Shown here: positions 38,763-49,085 of the stretch, one piece after another
Numbering within the stretch: the first letter of the stretch is position 1
Layout: each line of letters opens with the position of its first letter
From: Anaerolineales bacterium
Lineage (GTDB): Bacteria > Chloroflexota > Anaerolineae > Anaerolineales > DRMV01
Reading direction: 5' to 3'
Length of the DNA: 64,000 bases
NCBI GenBank assembly: GCA_027023425.1
Contig: JALVVL010000036.1
Coordinates: forward strand, 21,027-85,026
The notes under the pieces: model-generated
What the model was told of the DNA's origin: nothing
Seen by the model: the letters and a program-made list of their open reading frames with translations, nothing else
Database searches by the model: none
Made by a program: the position numbers and the translations under genes

Positions 38763-39383
38763 TCACTCCAAGTAAAACGTCATTTCCTGCAGTGGGATTA
38801 CGGGGTCAAGGTATTCAACCAATACCCCCTCGGGCACGGTAAGGTGGATGGGGGCGTAATTGAGGATGGCGCGCACGCCGGCCTGCACCAGCCGGTCGGC
38901 AACCGCTTGCGCCGCTTCGGCAGGGGTGGCTATCATGCCAATTTTGACGCCCCGCTCGCGAATGCGCTCTACGAGTTGGGCAGAGTCTTCAACCACCAAA
39001 TTACCGATTTTCGCGCCCACCTTGGCGGGGTCTTTATCAAACGCCAAGGCAATGCGAAACCCCCGCTCGGCAAATCCTTGGTAGCGCGCCAACGCGTGTC
39101 CTAAATCGCCCACCCCCACCAGTGCCACATCCCAAACACGGTCAACATGAAGCCGTCGCCGCAGCGCTTCGGCCAATTCCTTCACAGGATACCCCATGCC
39201 CAAACGGCCATATTCGCCGATGGTGGAAAAATCCTTGCGGATTTGCGCTGCCGAAAAGCCCACCTGCCGGCTGAGTTCCTGCGAAGAAACGCATTCCACC
39301 CCTTTTTCCAGCAAAATTTCAAGCGCCCGCAAGTAAATGGGCAACCTGCGCACGACCACCCGAGGGATTTCTTTCTTTTTCAT
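38763..39383 (-). CDS. rex: redox-sensing transcriptional repressor Rex
   Basis: VVRRLPIYLRAL winged-helix N-terminus and Rossmann LVGVGDLGHAL. Confidence 0.9.
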   Translation of the reverse strand: MKKKEIPRVVVRRLPIYLRALEILLEKGVECVSSQELSRQVGFSAAQIRKDFSTIGEYGRLGMGYPVKELAEALRRRLHVDRVWDVALVGVGDLGHALARYQGFAERGFRIALAFDKDPAKVGAKIGNLVVEDSAQLVERIRERGVKIGMIATPAEAAQAVADRLVQAGVRAILNYAPIHLTVPEGVLVEYLDPVIPLQEMTFYLE

Positions 39384-39398
39384 CGTGCCTTCCCATCT

Positions 39399-41414
<2,016 letters not shown>

Positions 41415-41462
41415 GGCCTACCTTTCGGCATAATGGCGGGACAACGAAAAGCGCCATAAAGT

Positions 41463-41616
41463 TAGGATTTACCCAGTTGCTCATAAAAGCGCTCGTTTTC
41501 ATGTCATGGCGAGCCGCCGTAGGCGGCGAAGCCATCCCCCAGATGAGGGGGAGACCGCCGAAGCGGTCTACGACCGCCTCGCGGCGACATGAAGGAGGAA
41601 AACTGCGTAACTCCTA
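41463..41616 (+). mobile_element. Family A MITE-like element, copy A6
   Basis: T-AGGATTTACCCAGTT ... AACTGCGTAACTCCT-A. Perfect 5-bp duplication AAAGT (41458-41462 and 41617-41621). Confidence 0.8.
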
Positions 41617-41685
41617 AAAGTATACCGTAGATGCAATTACCCACGCCCCAAGCGGCGCTCGTCCACCTCACCGCTCAGCCTGAGG

Positions 41686-41694
41686 TGCTAAAAT
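41686..41694 (+). promoter_or_regulatory. extended -10-like element upstream of the MFS transporter gene
   Basis: TGcTAAAAT, 59 nt upstream of the ATG at 41753. Confidence 0.3.
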
Positions 41695-41752
41695 ATGGGC
41701 GTTTGCCCTTCCGCCGGAACGCGGGAGAGATTGGTTCTCCACAGGATGTTTT

Positions 41753-42904
41753 ATGCCATCACAAGAAGAAAAATACCCCTTCTGGCAGGTGGTCACGGTT
41801 GCCTTTGGGCACTTCGTGCACGACACCTTCTCCGCTTTCCTTTCGCCGCTTTTGCCTTGGCTGATTGACAAATTTGCACTTTCCTACACCGAGGCCGGTG
41901 GCTTGGTGGCGTTTTTGCAAGCGCCGTCCATTTTGAACCCTTTTATCGGCTACTTAGGGGATCGGATTTCGTTGCAATACCTGATCGCCCTTGCCCCTGC
42001 CTTGACGGCTACCGGCATGTCGCTGATGGGGGTAATGCCCGGCTACGGTGCGCTCGCGGCCATTTTGCTCCTAACCGGCTTCAGCGTGGCGGCCTTCCAT
42101 TCCTCCGCACCGGCCATCCTTGCCCATTTAGCCCCTAAGCGTACAGGCAAAAGCATGGGGCTTTTCATGGCCGGCGGGGAATTGGGACGGGTTGTTGGCC
42201 CAATGCTCGCCGTTTGGGTGGTGGCTTTATGGGGGTTGCAGGGGATGCCGCGTTTGCTGGTGCTTGGTTGGGGCACTTCTTTGATTTTGCTGTGGCAAGT
42301 TCGCAAGATCAGCGTCCGCATAGAGCCCAAGCCACTTTCCGATTTATGGCCGGTGTTCAAGCGCATTGCCTTGCCCCTGAGCGTGTTGGTTTTGGGGCGG
42401 AGTTTTTTACTGGGGGCTTTTGGCGCGTTTTTGCCCACTTTTCTTTCACATTCGGGTTTTACGAAGGTGCAAAGCGGGCTTATATTTGCATTGTTGTATG
42501 AACTGCCGGGGGTGGTAGGCGCACTTGCTGTAGGTTCGCTTAGCGACCGCGTAGGTCGCTTGCCCACCGTGGTTGGGGCCGTGCTCATTTCCGCCGGGGC
42601 GGCAGGGGCTTTTTTGCTCAGCCCACCGGGGATGGCAAGCCTCGTTTGGCTGCCGTTTTTTGGCTTTAGTGCCCTTTCTCTCCAGCCGGTGTTTATGGCT
42701 TTGGTGCAAGACCACGCCCCCATGCACCGCTCTACCGCCAATGGCGCTTATTTGGCGCTGAGTTTTGTTTCGCGCCCCGTGGCCGTGATGGCCGTGGGGG
42801 CTATTGCAGACAGTTGGGGACTGAAAAACGCGTTTGGGGTGAGCGTGTTTTTACCAGTTTTGGCGCTGGCGGCGCTGCCGATGTTGAAGCCGCCCTCTGA
42901 ATAA
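41753..42904 (+). CDS. MFS transporter
   Basis: About 12 hydrophobic segments and the loop motif GYLGDRISL. Confidence 0.8.
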   Translation: MPSQEEKYPFWQVVTVAFGHFVHDTFSAFLSPLLPWLIDKFALSYTEAGGLVAFLQAPSILNPFIGYLGDRISLQYLIALAPALTATGMSLMGVMPGYGALAAILLLTGFSVAAFHSSAPAILAHLAPKRTGKSMGLFMAGGELGRVVGPMLAVWVVALWGLQGMPRLLVLGWGTSLILLWQVRKISVRIEPKPLSDLWPVFKRIALPLSVLVLGRSFLLGAFGAFLPTFLSHSGFTKVQSGLIFALLYELPGVVGALAVGSLSDRVGRLPTVVGAVLISAGAAGAFLLSPPGMASLVWLPFFGFSALSLQPVFMALVQDHAPMHRSTANGAYLALSFVSRPVAVMAVGAIADSWGLKNAFGVSVFLPVLALAALPMLKPPSE

Positions 42905-43050
42905 CGCTCGGAGGATGGGGATGATTCATCTTTCCGGAAATTATCTGAACACTTTTTACCAACGTCAACGGCCTATCAATAGCAGCTACCGCCCTCACCT
43001 ATCCCCCAGCGCCTTGCTCCGCGGCGGCTCAGCCCCCTTTCCTCTCCCAC

Positions 43051-43306
43051 TTCAGGGGCGGACAGGGGTTTATCAAACCCCTGTCCTACCACCTCCAAAG
43101 GCGGAACAAGCGAAACTTTGCACTTTTAGCGCCGAAAAAGTAATTTGGCAAAGTGAGGCGGCCGCCCGAATTTTCCAATCTTATCGCTAATACTTGCTTT
43201 TTCGGAGGATATTCTTTTGGAGTACGACGACAAGTCACCGCTTTCCAAAGCGGTGCCGAGGCACCGCACTCCAAAAAATGGTGTTTTCAGGGGCTGGTGT
43301 CCGCCC
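43051..43306 (+). mobile_element. Family D insert, copy D2, with 13-bp flanking duplication
   Basis: TTCAGGGGCGGACA ... TGTCCGCCCC. Flanked by the direct repeat TTTCCTCTCCCAC at 43038-43050 and 43307-43319. Confidence 0.75.
43118..43146 (+). promoter_or_regulatory. promoter-like motif inside Family D copy D2
   Basis: TTGCAC, 17-nt spacer, TAATTT, conserved with D1 although the spacer sequence differs at several positions. Confidence 0.35.
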
Positions 43307-43420
43307 CTTTCCTCTCCCACTGGGAGAGGAAAGGGGGCGCGCAGCGGGGGTAAGGTGAGGGCGCCCCGTGGGCATTAGAGCAAAATGTCCACCCATTTCT
43401 GGATCACCTCGGAGGATGCG

Positions 43421-44680
43421 ATGGAAATTCGCGCCGTAACCGTTTTTGCCAATCCGGGCTTCCCGCCCAAGGAAAAGGTTTTTCCAAAAGTAGGCAAAGC
43501 CGCCCATGCGCTGAGGCTCGTGTACGAAGCCGCTGATTTCGCCGTGCAAAGTGCGCGCTTAGCCACGGTTCCCTTCCCTTTGCTGGCATCTTCCCAGAAT
43601 GAGGCCGTAGATTTTGCCGTCAAAGTGGAAAAAGCCGCACGCCAACACGGCATTGAATACTCTTCCATCGGCCCGGCATTGCCGAAATTTGCAGCGTCCT
43701 ATGAGTGGATTCCGGCCATTTTGCGCGAAACCGAAAGCGTCTTCCTCGGCGGCGTGATGGCCGAAGGGGCAACGGTTTACCCCAAAGCCGTGAACGCCTG
43801 CGCACGGGCGATAAAAGAGGCTTCTACCTTGGAGCCGGACGGGTTTGCCAACTTGCGTTTTGCCGCTTTGGCAGAGGTCGGGCCGTTTGCGCCGTTTTTT
43901 CCGGCGGCATATGCCGCTTTTGGGGATGGGAGCGAAGGGATGCTGGGCTTTTCGCTTGCAATTGAGACGGCGCCGCTGGCGGTGGAGGTGTTTTCCGCGG
44001 CGAAAAACGTGCCCGAGGCAATCAGCAGCCTCGCGGCCGAAATTGAGCGGTTGGCCGGGCGCTTGGCGTTACTTTCGGAGGAAATGGCCGCCCGTCTGCA
44101 AACTCGGTTTTTGGGGATTGACTTTTCGTTTGCGCCGTTCCCCGAAGAAAGCGCTTCGTTCGGCGAGGCGCTGGAGCGATTGGGCGTTTCGCAAGTCGGC
44201 GCTCATGGTACACTCGCCGCCGCGGGCATTGCGGCAGCCGCTTTGGACGAGGCGAATTTCCCCCGCGTCGGTTTCAACGGCTTGATGCTCTCGGTGCTTG
44301 AAGATTCCACCCTTGCGCGCCGAGCGGCTGAAGGCGCTTTGGGCGTAAAGGATTTGTTGTTGTATTCCGCCGTGTGCGGCACAGGGCTGGATACCGTGCC
44401 ACTTGCTGGCGATGCAACGGTGGAACAGTTGGCCGCCGTGCTTTTGGATGTGGCGGCGCTTGCCGTCCGTTTGCGGAAGCCGCTCACGGCGCGCCTACTT
44501 CCCATCCCCGGCAAGAGGGCAGGCGACGCGGTGCACTTTGATTTCCCGTATTTTGCCGATAGCGCGGTTCTGCCTTTGGAAGCCGGTGGGGTGGACAGCG
44601 CGCTCGCTTCCCCTGTGCAGTTTGCGTTGAAAGCACGCCATCAAATTGACGCTAATGGAGGTGGCAATGTGGTGGATTAA
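43421..44680 (+). CDS. DUF711 (UPF0210) family protein
   Basis: GGAGGA RBS and ATG at 43421 (MEIRAVTVF). LLYSAVCGTGLDTVPLAGDATVEQLAAVLLDVAALAVRLRKPLTARLLPIPGKRAGD matches the conserved DUF711 C-terminal block. Confidence 0.8.
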   Translation: MEIRAVTVFANPGFPPKEKVFPKVGKAAHALRLVYEAADFAVQSARLATVPFPLLASSQNEAVDFAVKVEKAARQHGIEYSSIGPALPKFAASYEWIPAILRETESVFLGGVMAEGATVYPKAVNACARAIKEASTLEPDGFANLRFAALAEVGPFAPFFPAAYAAFGDGSEGMLGFSLAIETAPLAVEVFSAAKNVPEAISSLAAEIERLAGRLALLSEEMAARLQTRFLGIDFSFAPFPEESASFGEALERLGVSQVGAHGTLAAAGIAAAALDEANFPRVGFNGLMLSVLEDSTLARRAAEGALGVKDLLLYSAVCGTGLDTVPLAGDATVEQLAAVLLDVAALAVRLRKPLTARLLPIPGKRAGDAVHFDFPYFADSAVLPLEAGGVDSALASPVQFALKARHQIDANGGGNVVD

Positions 44681-45326
44681 GGCAATTGCCATTTTGGCAA
44701 TAGCCTATTTCATCGGTGGCATACCCTTTGGGTACATCTTTGTGAAGTTGAAAACAGGGCGGGATGTGCGGGCTATCCAAAGCGGCAGGACGGGCACCAC
44801 AAACGCCATGCGCGCCGCCGGTGCTCTTGTCGGTGTGCTCACCGTTGTGATGGACATCACGAAGGGTTACGTGGCAGTGTGGCTGGCGCGGGAAATTTTC
44901 CCGTTTAGGCCTTGGCTTCATGTTTTGGCGGGGCTTTTGATGATAATCGGCCACAATTATCCGCTGGTGATGGTTGAGCGCGAAGAGGGGAAGCCGAAGA
45001 TCAAGGGAGGCGCGGGAGGCGCCCCGAGCGTGGGAGCGGCAATGGGCTTGTGGTGGCCGGTTGTGCTCATTCAAGTGCCGATAGGCGCACTTTTACTGCT
45101 GGGGGTTGGCTACGCCTCGGTTGCCACAATGAGTATGCCCATAATTGCCACCGTTGTGTTTGCCTTTCGGGCTTCTCGCGGCCTCGCACCGTGGGCTTAT
45201 GTTTGGTACGGCCTTCTTGCCGAGGCGTTGTTGCTCTGGGCGCTTCGGCCTAACATCAAACGCCTGATTGAGGGCAACGAACGTATCGTCGGCCTGCGGG
45301 CTTGGTTGAAGAAGAAGCGCTATTGA
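44667..45326 (+). CDS. plsY: glycerol-3-phosphate acyltransferase PlsY
   Basis: GGAGG RBS and ATG at 44667, overlapping the DUF711 stop by 14 nt. YFIGGIPFGYIF and SGRTGTTNAMRAAG motifs. Confidence 0.85.
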   Translation: MWWIKAIAILAIAYFIGGIPFGYIFVKLKTGRDVRAIQSGRTGTTNAMRAAGALVGVLTVVMDITKGYVAVWLAREIFPFRPWLHVLAGLLMIIGHNYPLVMVEREEGKPKIKGGAGGAPSVGAAMGLWWPVVLIQVPIGALLLLGVGYASVATMSMPIIATVVFAFRASRGLAPWAYVWYGLLAEALLLWALRPNIKRLIEGNERIVGLRAWLKKKRY

Positions 45327-45384
45327 ACTCACCATTGCATATTTATTTGCCCCTTTTCGCCGCTTGGGGTAAGATTAGGGCACT

Positions 45385-46167
45385 ATGCAACCAATCGTAA
45401 ACCCTAACGCTACCCCTTTTTTCTTTGCCGGAAACAAGACGGCTTGCCTTTTGATTCACGGTTTTACCGCATCGCCGCAGGAAATGCGCGGTTTGGGCGA
45501 GTACCTGCACAAAGAGCGCGGCTTCACCGTGCTCGGTGTGCGCCTTGCCGGACACGCTACCACCCCCAACGACATGCGCCACATGCACTGGGAGGATTGG
45601 GTCGCCTCAGCCGAGGACGGCTGGCACTTGCTCCGCTCTGGTGGCTGGGAGGATGTAGTTGTCGTAGGCCTTTCTATGGGCGGGGCAATTGCACTGTTGC
45701 TCGCCGGTTACCTGCCCGTGCGCGGCGTCGTCGCTATGGCTACGCCCTACACCTTGCCGGTTCACTTTTCCGAGCGCACTCTGTGGCTCTGGAGCATTTT
45801 CAAACCCTTCATTCCAAAAGAAAAAGGCGAGGTTTACGACCCCAAGGGGTTTGAAGGGCGGGTTTCGTATCCGGTTTACCCCGTGCGCAGCGTGGCGGAA
45901 TTGGCCGAAATGCTGGATGTGATGCGCCCAGCACTCCCTAAAGTGAGTGTGCCAGCGCTTTTGATCCATTCGCGCAACGACCGCTTTGTGCCGCCTCAAA
46001 ACAGCGAGCGGATTTTCGCCGCGCTCGGCAGCGCCGATAAACGCCTTGAATTGGTTGAGCGGAGCACCCACGTGGTTACCCAAGACGCCGAGCGGCACCG
46101 CGTCTTCCGTCTTACTGCCGATTTTGTGGAAGAAATTGCCGCTCGCACAGGAGCGAATCCGCCATGA
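45385..46167 (+). CDS. alpha/beta hydrolase (esterase/lipase-like)
   Basis: LIHGFTASP, nucleophile elbow GLSMGG, and a C-terminal His region. Confidence 0.8.
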   Translation: MQPIVNPNATPFFFAGNKTACLLIHGFTASPQEMRGLGEYLHKERGFTVLGVRLAGHATTPNDMRHMHWEDWVASAEDGWHLLRSGGWEDVVVVGLSMGGAIALLLAGYLPVRGVVAMATPYTLPVHFSERTLWLWSIFKPFIPKEKGEVYDPKGFEGRVSYPVYPVRSVAELAEMLDVMRPALPKVSVPALLIHSRNDRFVPPQNSERIFAALGSADKRLELVERSTHVVTQDAERHRVFRLTADFVEEIAARTGANPP

Positions 46168-47324
46168 AGCGCGTTCTCCCAACCCTCATGCTTTCGCTCT
46201 TCGTCTGGGGAACAGGCGAAGGGCTGTTTTTCTATTTCCAGCCGCTTTATTTGAAGGAATTGGGGGCTTCGCCGCAGACTATTGGCGCAATTATCGGTTT
46301 GGCCGTGCTCTTGGCGAGCCTTTCGCATGTTCCGGCAGGGTTTTTGGCCGACCGGATTGGGCGGCTGTGGCTTATGCGCGCCTCGTGGTTTACCGGCTTG
46401 GCGGCGGCTCTGCTGATGGCGTTTGCCCATTCGCTCACGGCTTTTTCAATCGGGTTGGTGATGTACAACCTTTCGGCGTTTGTGATTGCGCCGCTCAACA
46501 GTTATGTGACGGCGGCGCGCGGCAAACTCAGCCTGCCGGTCGCGCTCACCGCGGTTTCGGCCACATTCAACGTCGGCGCGGCTTTAGGCTCGCTCGCGGG
46601 CGGTCTCATCGGCAAATACTTGTCGCTCGCCGCGGCCTACAAATTCGCGGCCGGGCTGTTCGTCGTTTCGGTGGTCATTATGCTCTTTCTGCCGCCGCAG
46701 CCGGTTGAAAAGCGCCGCCCAAACGTCGCCGGAAAAAGCCAAAGGCTCTTTCAGCCGATTTTTTGGGCGTTTTTGCCTTTTGTGTTTGTTGCCGTGTTGG
46801 TTTTGTACGTGCCTCAGCCGCTCACGCCCAATTTTTTGCAATCGGTGCGCGGCGTGCCGATAACCCAACTGGGGATTTTGGGCGCATTGGTGCGCCTTGG
46901 CATGGCAATTTTGGGTGTTTCGTTGAGCATGTTGGGCGCGTGGGAAGGCTTTGTGCTGGCACAGGTGAGCGGTGCACTTTTCGCACTGCTGGTGCTGAAA
47001 GGCGATGCCTTTGGCTGGTACGTGCTCGCACACCTGCTCGCCGGCGGATTTTGGGCAGGCAGGTCGCTCGCCGCGGCGCAAGTCCGCACAATGGTGGCCT
47101 CCGAAACAATGGGCTTGGCCTACGGATTGAACGAAACTGTGGCCGGATTGGCGGCGTTTTTGGGCGCTAACCTCGCCGGCTACCTTTACGCCACCAACCC
47201 CGAACTTCCCTACAAATTCACCCTTTTGCTCTTCCCGTTAGTGTTTTTGGGCAATTTTGTTTTCCTCTCCCACCACAACAAAGCCAAGCGCCAAGCACAG
47301 CCTGCCGAGCAACGCCCAACTTGA
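46164..47324 (+). CDS. MFS transporter
   Basis: ATGA overlap with the upstream hydrolase gene. 12-TM pattern and the motif GFLADRIGR. Confidence 0.8.
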   Translation: MKRVLPTLMLSLFVWGTGEGLFFYFQPLYLKELGASPQTIGAIIGLAVLLASLSHVPAGFLADRIGRLWLMRASWFTGLAAALLMAFAHSLTAFSIGLVMYNLSAFVIAPLNSYVTAARGKLSLPVALTAVSATFNVGAALGSLAGGLIGKYLSLAAAYKFAAGLFVVSVVIMLFLPPQPVEKRRPNVAGKSQRLFQPIFWAFLPFVFVAVLVLYVPQPLTPNFLQSVRGVPITQLGILGALVRLGMAILGVSLSMLGAWEGFVLAQVSGALFALLVLKGDAFGWYVLAHLLAGGFWAGRSLAAAQVRTMVASETMGLAYGLNETVAGLAAFLGANLAGYLYATNPELPYKFTLLLFPLVFLGNFVFLSHHNKAKRQAQPAEQRPT

Positions 47325-47349
47325 CACGGCGGCTTGCTTCAGCCATAAT
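47321..47349 (+). promoter_or_regulatory. sigma-70-like promoter for panB
   Basis: TTGACA (47321-47326), 17-nt spacer, CATAAT (47344-47349), about 120 nt upstream of the panB ATG. The -35 overlaps the stop codon of the MFS gene. Confidence 0.55.
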
Positions 47350-47383
47350 ACCCTTGCCAGCCGAACCGCAAGGACGGCATGGC

Positions 47384-47432
47384 GCAATTCGCAATTCATA
47401 ACTCGCAATTCGCTATTCGCAATTCGCAACTC
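47384..47432 (+). repeat. heptanucleotide tandem repeat (GCAATTC x7, three variant units) in the panB leader
   Basis: gcaattc gcaattc ataactc gcaattc gctattc gcaattc gcaactc read directly from the sequence. Confidence 0.85.
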
Positions 47433-47471
47433 GCCATTTTTTCTGGCCCCTACCCCGAAAGGAGGGAACCA

Positions 47472-48359
47472 ATGTCCACAACTGCTCCCGTTTCTCAGCA
47501 AAATGCCCCCAAGCGCAAAAAAGTGACCGTGCGCACGCTGCGGGCGAAAAAGCGCCGCGGTGAGCCGATCACCATGCTCACTGCCTACGACTACCCCTCG
47601 GCGGTTGCCGTTGACCGCGCGGGCGTTGATGTCATCCTTGTCGGCGATTCGTTGGGCATGGTGGTGCTCGGCTACGATACCACCCTGCCAGTCACGATGG
47701 ACGACATGATTCACCATTGCAAGGCGGTGGCGCGCGGCGCCCATTATCCCCTGCTGGTGGGCGATATGCCGTTCATGTCCTACCAAGTCTCGGTGGAAGA
47801 AGCGGTGCGCAACGCTGGTCGCTTTTTGCAAGAAGGCGGCATGGACGCCGTGAAACTTGAGGGCGGGCGTGAGCGCATTGAAACCATCCGCGCAATCGTG
47901 AGCGCCGGAATCCCCGTGATGGGGCACATTGGGCTTACGCCGCAAAGTGTGAACCAACTTGGCGGCTTCCGCGCTCAGGGGAAGACCGCCGCGGCGGCAA
48001 AGCGCCTGCTTGACGACGCCCTTGCCCTGCAGGATGCGGGCGTCTTTTCCATCGTGCTTGAATCCGTCCCGGGCAAACTGGCGGCGCTGATTTCCGAAAA
48101 ACTGGATGTGCCCACAATCGGCATCGGCGCGGGCGTGGGCTGCGATGGACAAGTGCTGGTTTTCCACGACCTGCTGGGGTTGTTTGACCGCTTCACCCCT
48201 CGTTTTGTCAAGCAATACGCCCAACTCCATGAGGTGATAGATTCCGCCCTGCGGGAATATGTTGACGATGTGCTCAGCCGTCGCTTCCCCGCCGCGGAGC
48301 ACACGGTTGAAATGAAGCCCGAAGAGTGGGAAGCGCTACAAAGATTACTCGGTGAGTAA
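47472..48359 (+). CDS. panB: 3-methyl-2-oxobutanoate hydroxymethyltransferase
   Basis: GGAGGG RBS and ATG at 47472. ITMLTAYDYPSA, VGDSLGMVVLGY and GHIGLTPQS. The ORF-track start at 47379 translates a heptamer repeat. Confidence 0.93.
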   Translation: MSTTAPVSQQNAPKRKKVTVRTLRAKKRRGEPITMLTAYDYPSAVAVDRAGVDVILVGDSLGMVVLGYDTTLPVTMDDMIHHCKAVARGAHYPLLVGDMPFMSYQVSVEEAVRNAGRFLQEGGMDAVKLEGGRERIETIRAIVSAGIPVMGHIGLTPQSVNQLGGFRAQGKTAAAAKRLLDDALALQDAGVFSIVLESVPGKLAALISEKLDVPTIGIGAGVGCDGQVLVFHDLLGLFDRFTPRFVKQYAQLHEVIDSALREYVDDVLSRRFPAAEHTVEMKPEEWEALQRLLGE

Positions 48360-48420
48360 GCGCTGGGAAGTGTTTGCGCTTTTTCGCAGAGCAAATAGGG
48401 ACGCAGAGAGCGCAAAGAGA

Positions 48421-48450
48421 AAAACCACAGATTACACAGATTAGCACAGA
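48421..48450 (+). repeat. Family E fragment (left arm only)
   Basis: AAAACCACAGATTACACAGATTAGCACAGA without the partner arm. Confidence 0.6.
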
Positions 48451-48532
48451 GGAGAAGATTAGCGATTTAGTGCATAATCAACCCTGATAGTTGGTTTAGG
48501 CCTTTTGCAACTTAGCGCCCAAATTTTTGATC

Positions 48533-48657
48533 TCTCCCTACCCCCGCTACGGCGACGCTATCGCGTCACCGTAGCCGCCCCCTTCCCTCCCTTGATAAGG
48601 GAGGGAAGGGGGCAGATGAGCCGAGCACCAGCGAGGCTCATCGGGGGATGGGTGAGA
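48533..48657. repeat. Family C-like palindromic element, divergent copy
   Basis: TCTCCCTACCCCC ... CCCCCTTCCCTCCCTTGATAAGGGAGGGAAGGGGG ... GGGGGATGGGTGAGA. Confidence 0.6.
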
Positions 48658-48736
48658 TCTTGCCACAAAGAGAGCGGATGGCGCCTTCCGTAATAACCAA
48701 AATCTTGTTTGAGAATGCATTAGGATTTGCGGAAGA

Positions 48737-49070
48737 ATGCCAAGGTCGCCAAGGGCACAGAGGACGCCAGGAAAAAATTTCTGTGTTCTCTGCAAATTTC
48801 TGTGTCCTCTGTGGTTTTTTCTCCAATCGGTGCAAATCTGTGTCAATCGGTGGATGAAACAAACCACAGATTACACAGATTAGCACAGATTTTTCTGCGG
48901 AATCTGCGAAATCTGCGGTTTCAGTCATTCAATCGGTGGACAAGCAACGCCAAGGGTGTCAAGGACACAGAGGACGCCAAGAAAAAAATTTTTTCTGTGC
49001 TCTCTGTAGATTTCTGTGTTCTCTGTGGTTTGTTTTCTGTGGTTGCGAAATCTGCGGAATCTGTGGTTTC
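48737..49070. repeat. Family E repeat cluster E3
   Basis: Mix of 153-bp-type and 104-bp-type unit parts (GCCAAGGTCGCCAAGGGCACAGAGGACGCC..., AACCACAGATTACACAGATTAGCACAGATTTTTCTGCGGAATCTGCGAAATCTGCGG...). It ends 16 nt before the panE ATG. Confidence 0.75.
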
Positions 49071-49085
49071 ACCAATTACAAAGCG

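Larger units (their letters stand above)
42991..43362 (+). repeat. Composite element CD2: Family C arms interrupted by a Family D insert
   Basis: Second copy of the ~370-bp composite, in the same orientation as CD1. It ends 59 nt upstream of the DUF711 gene ATG. Confidence 0.8.
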
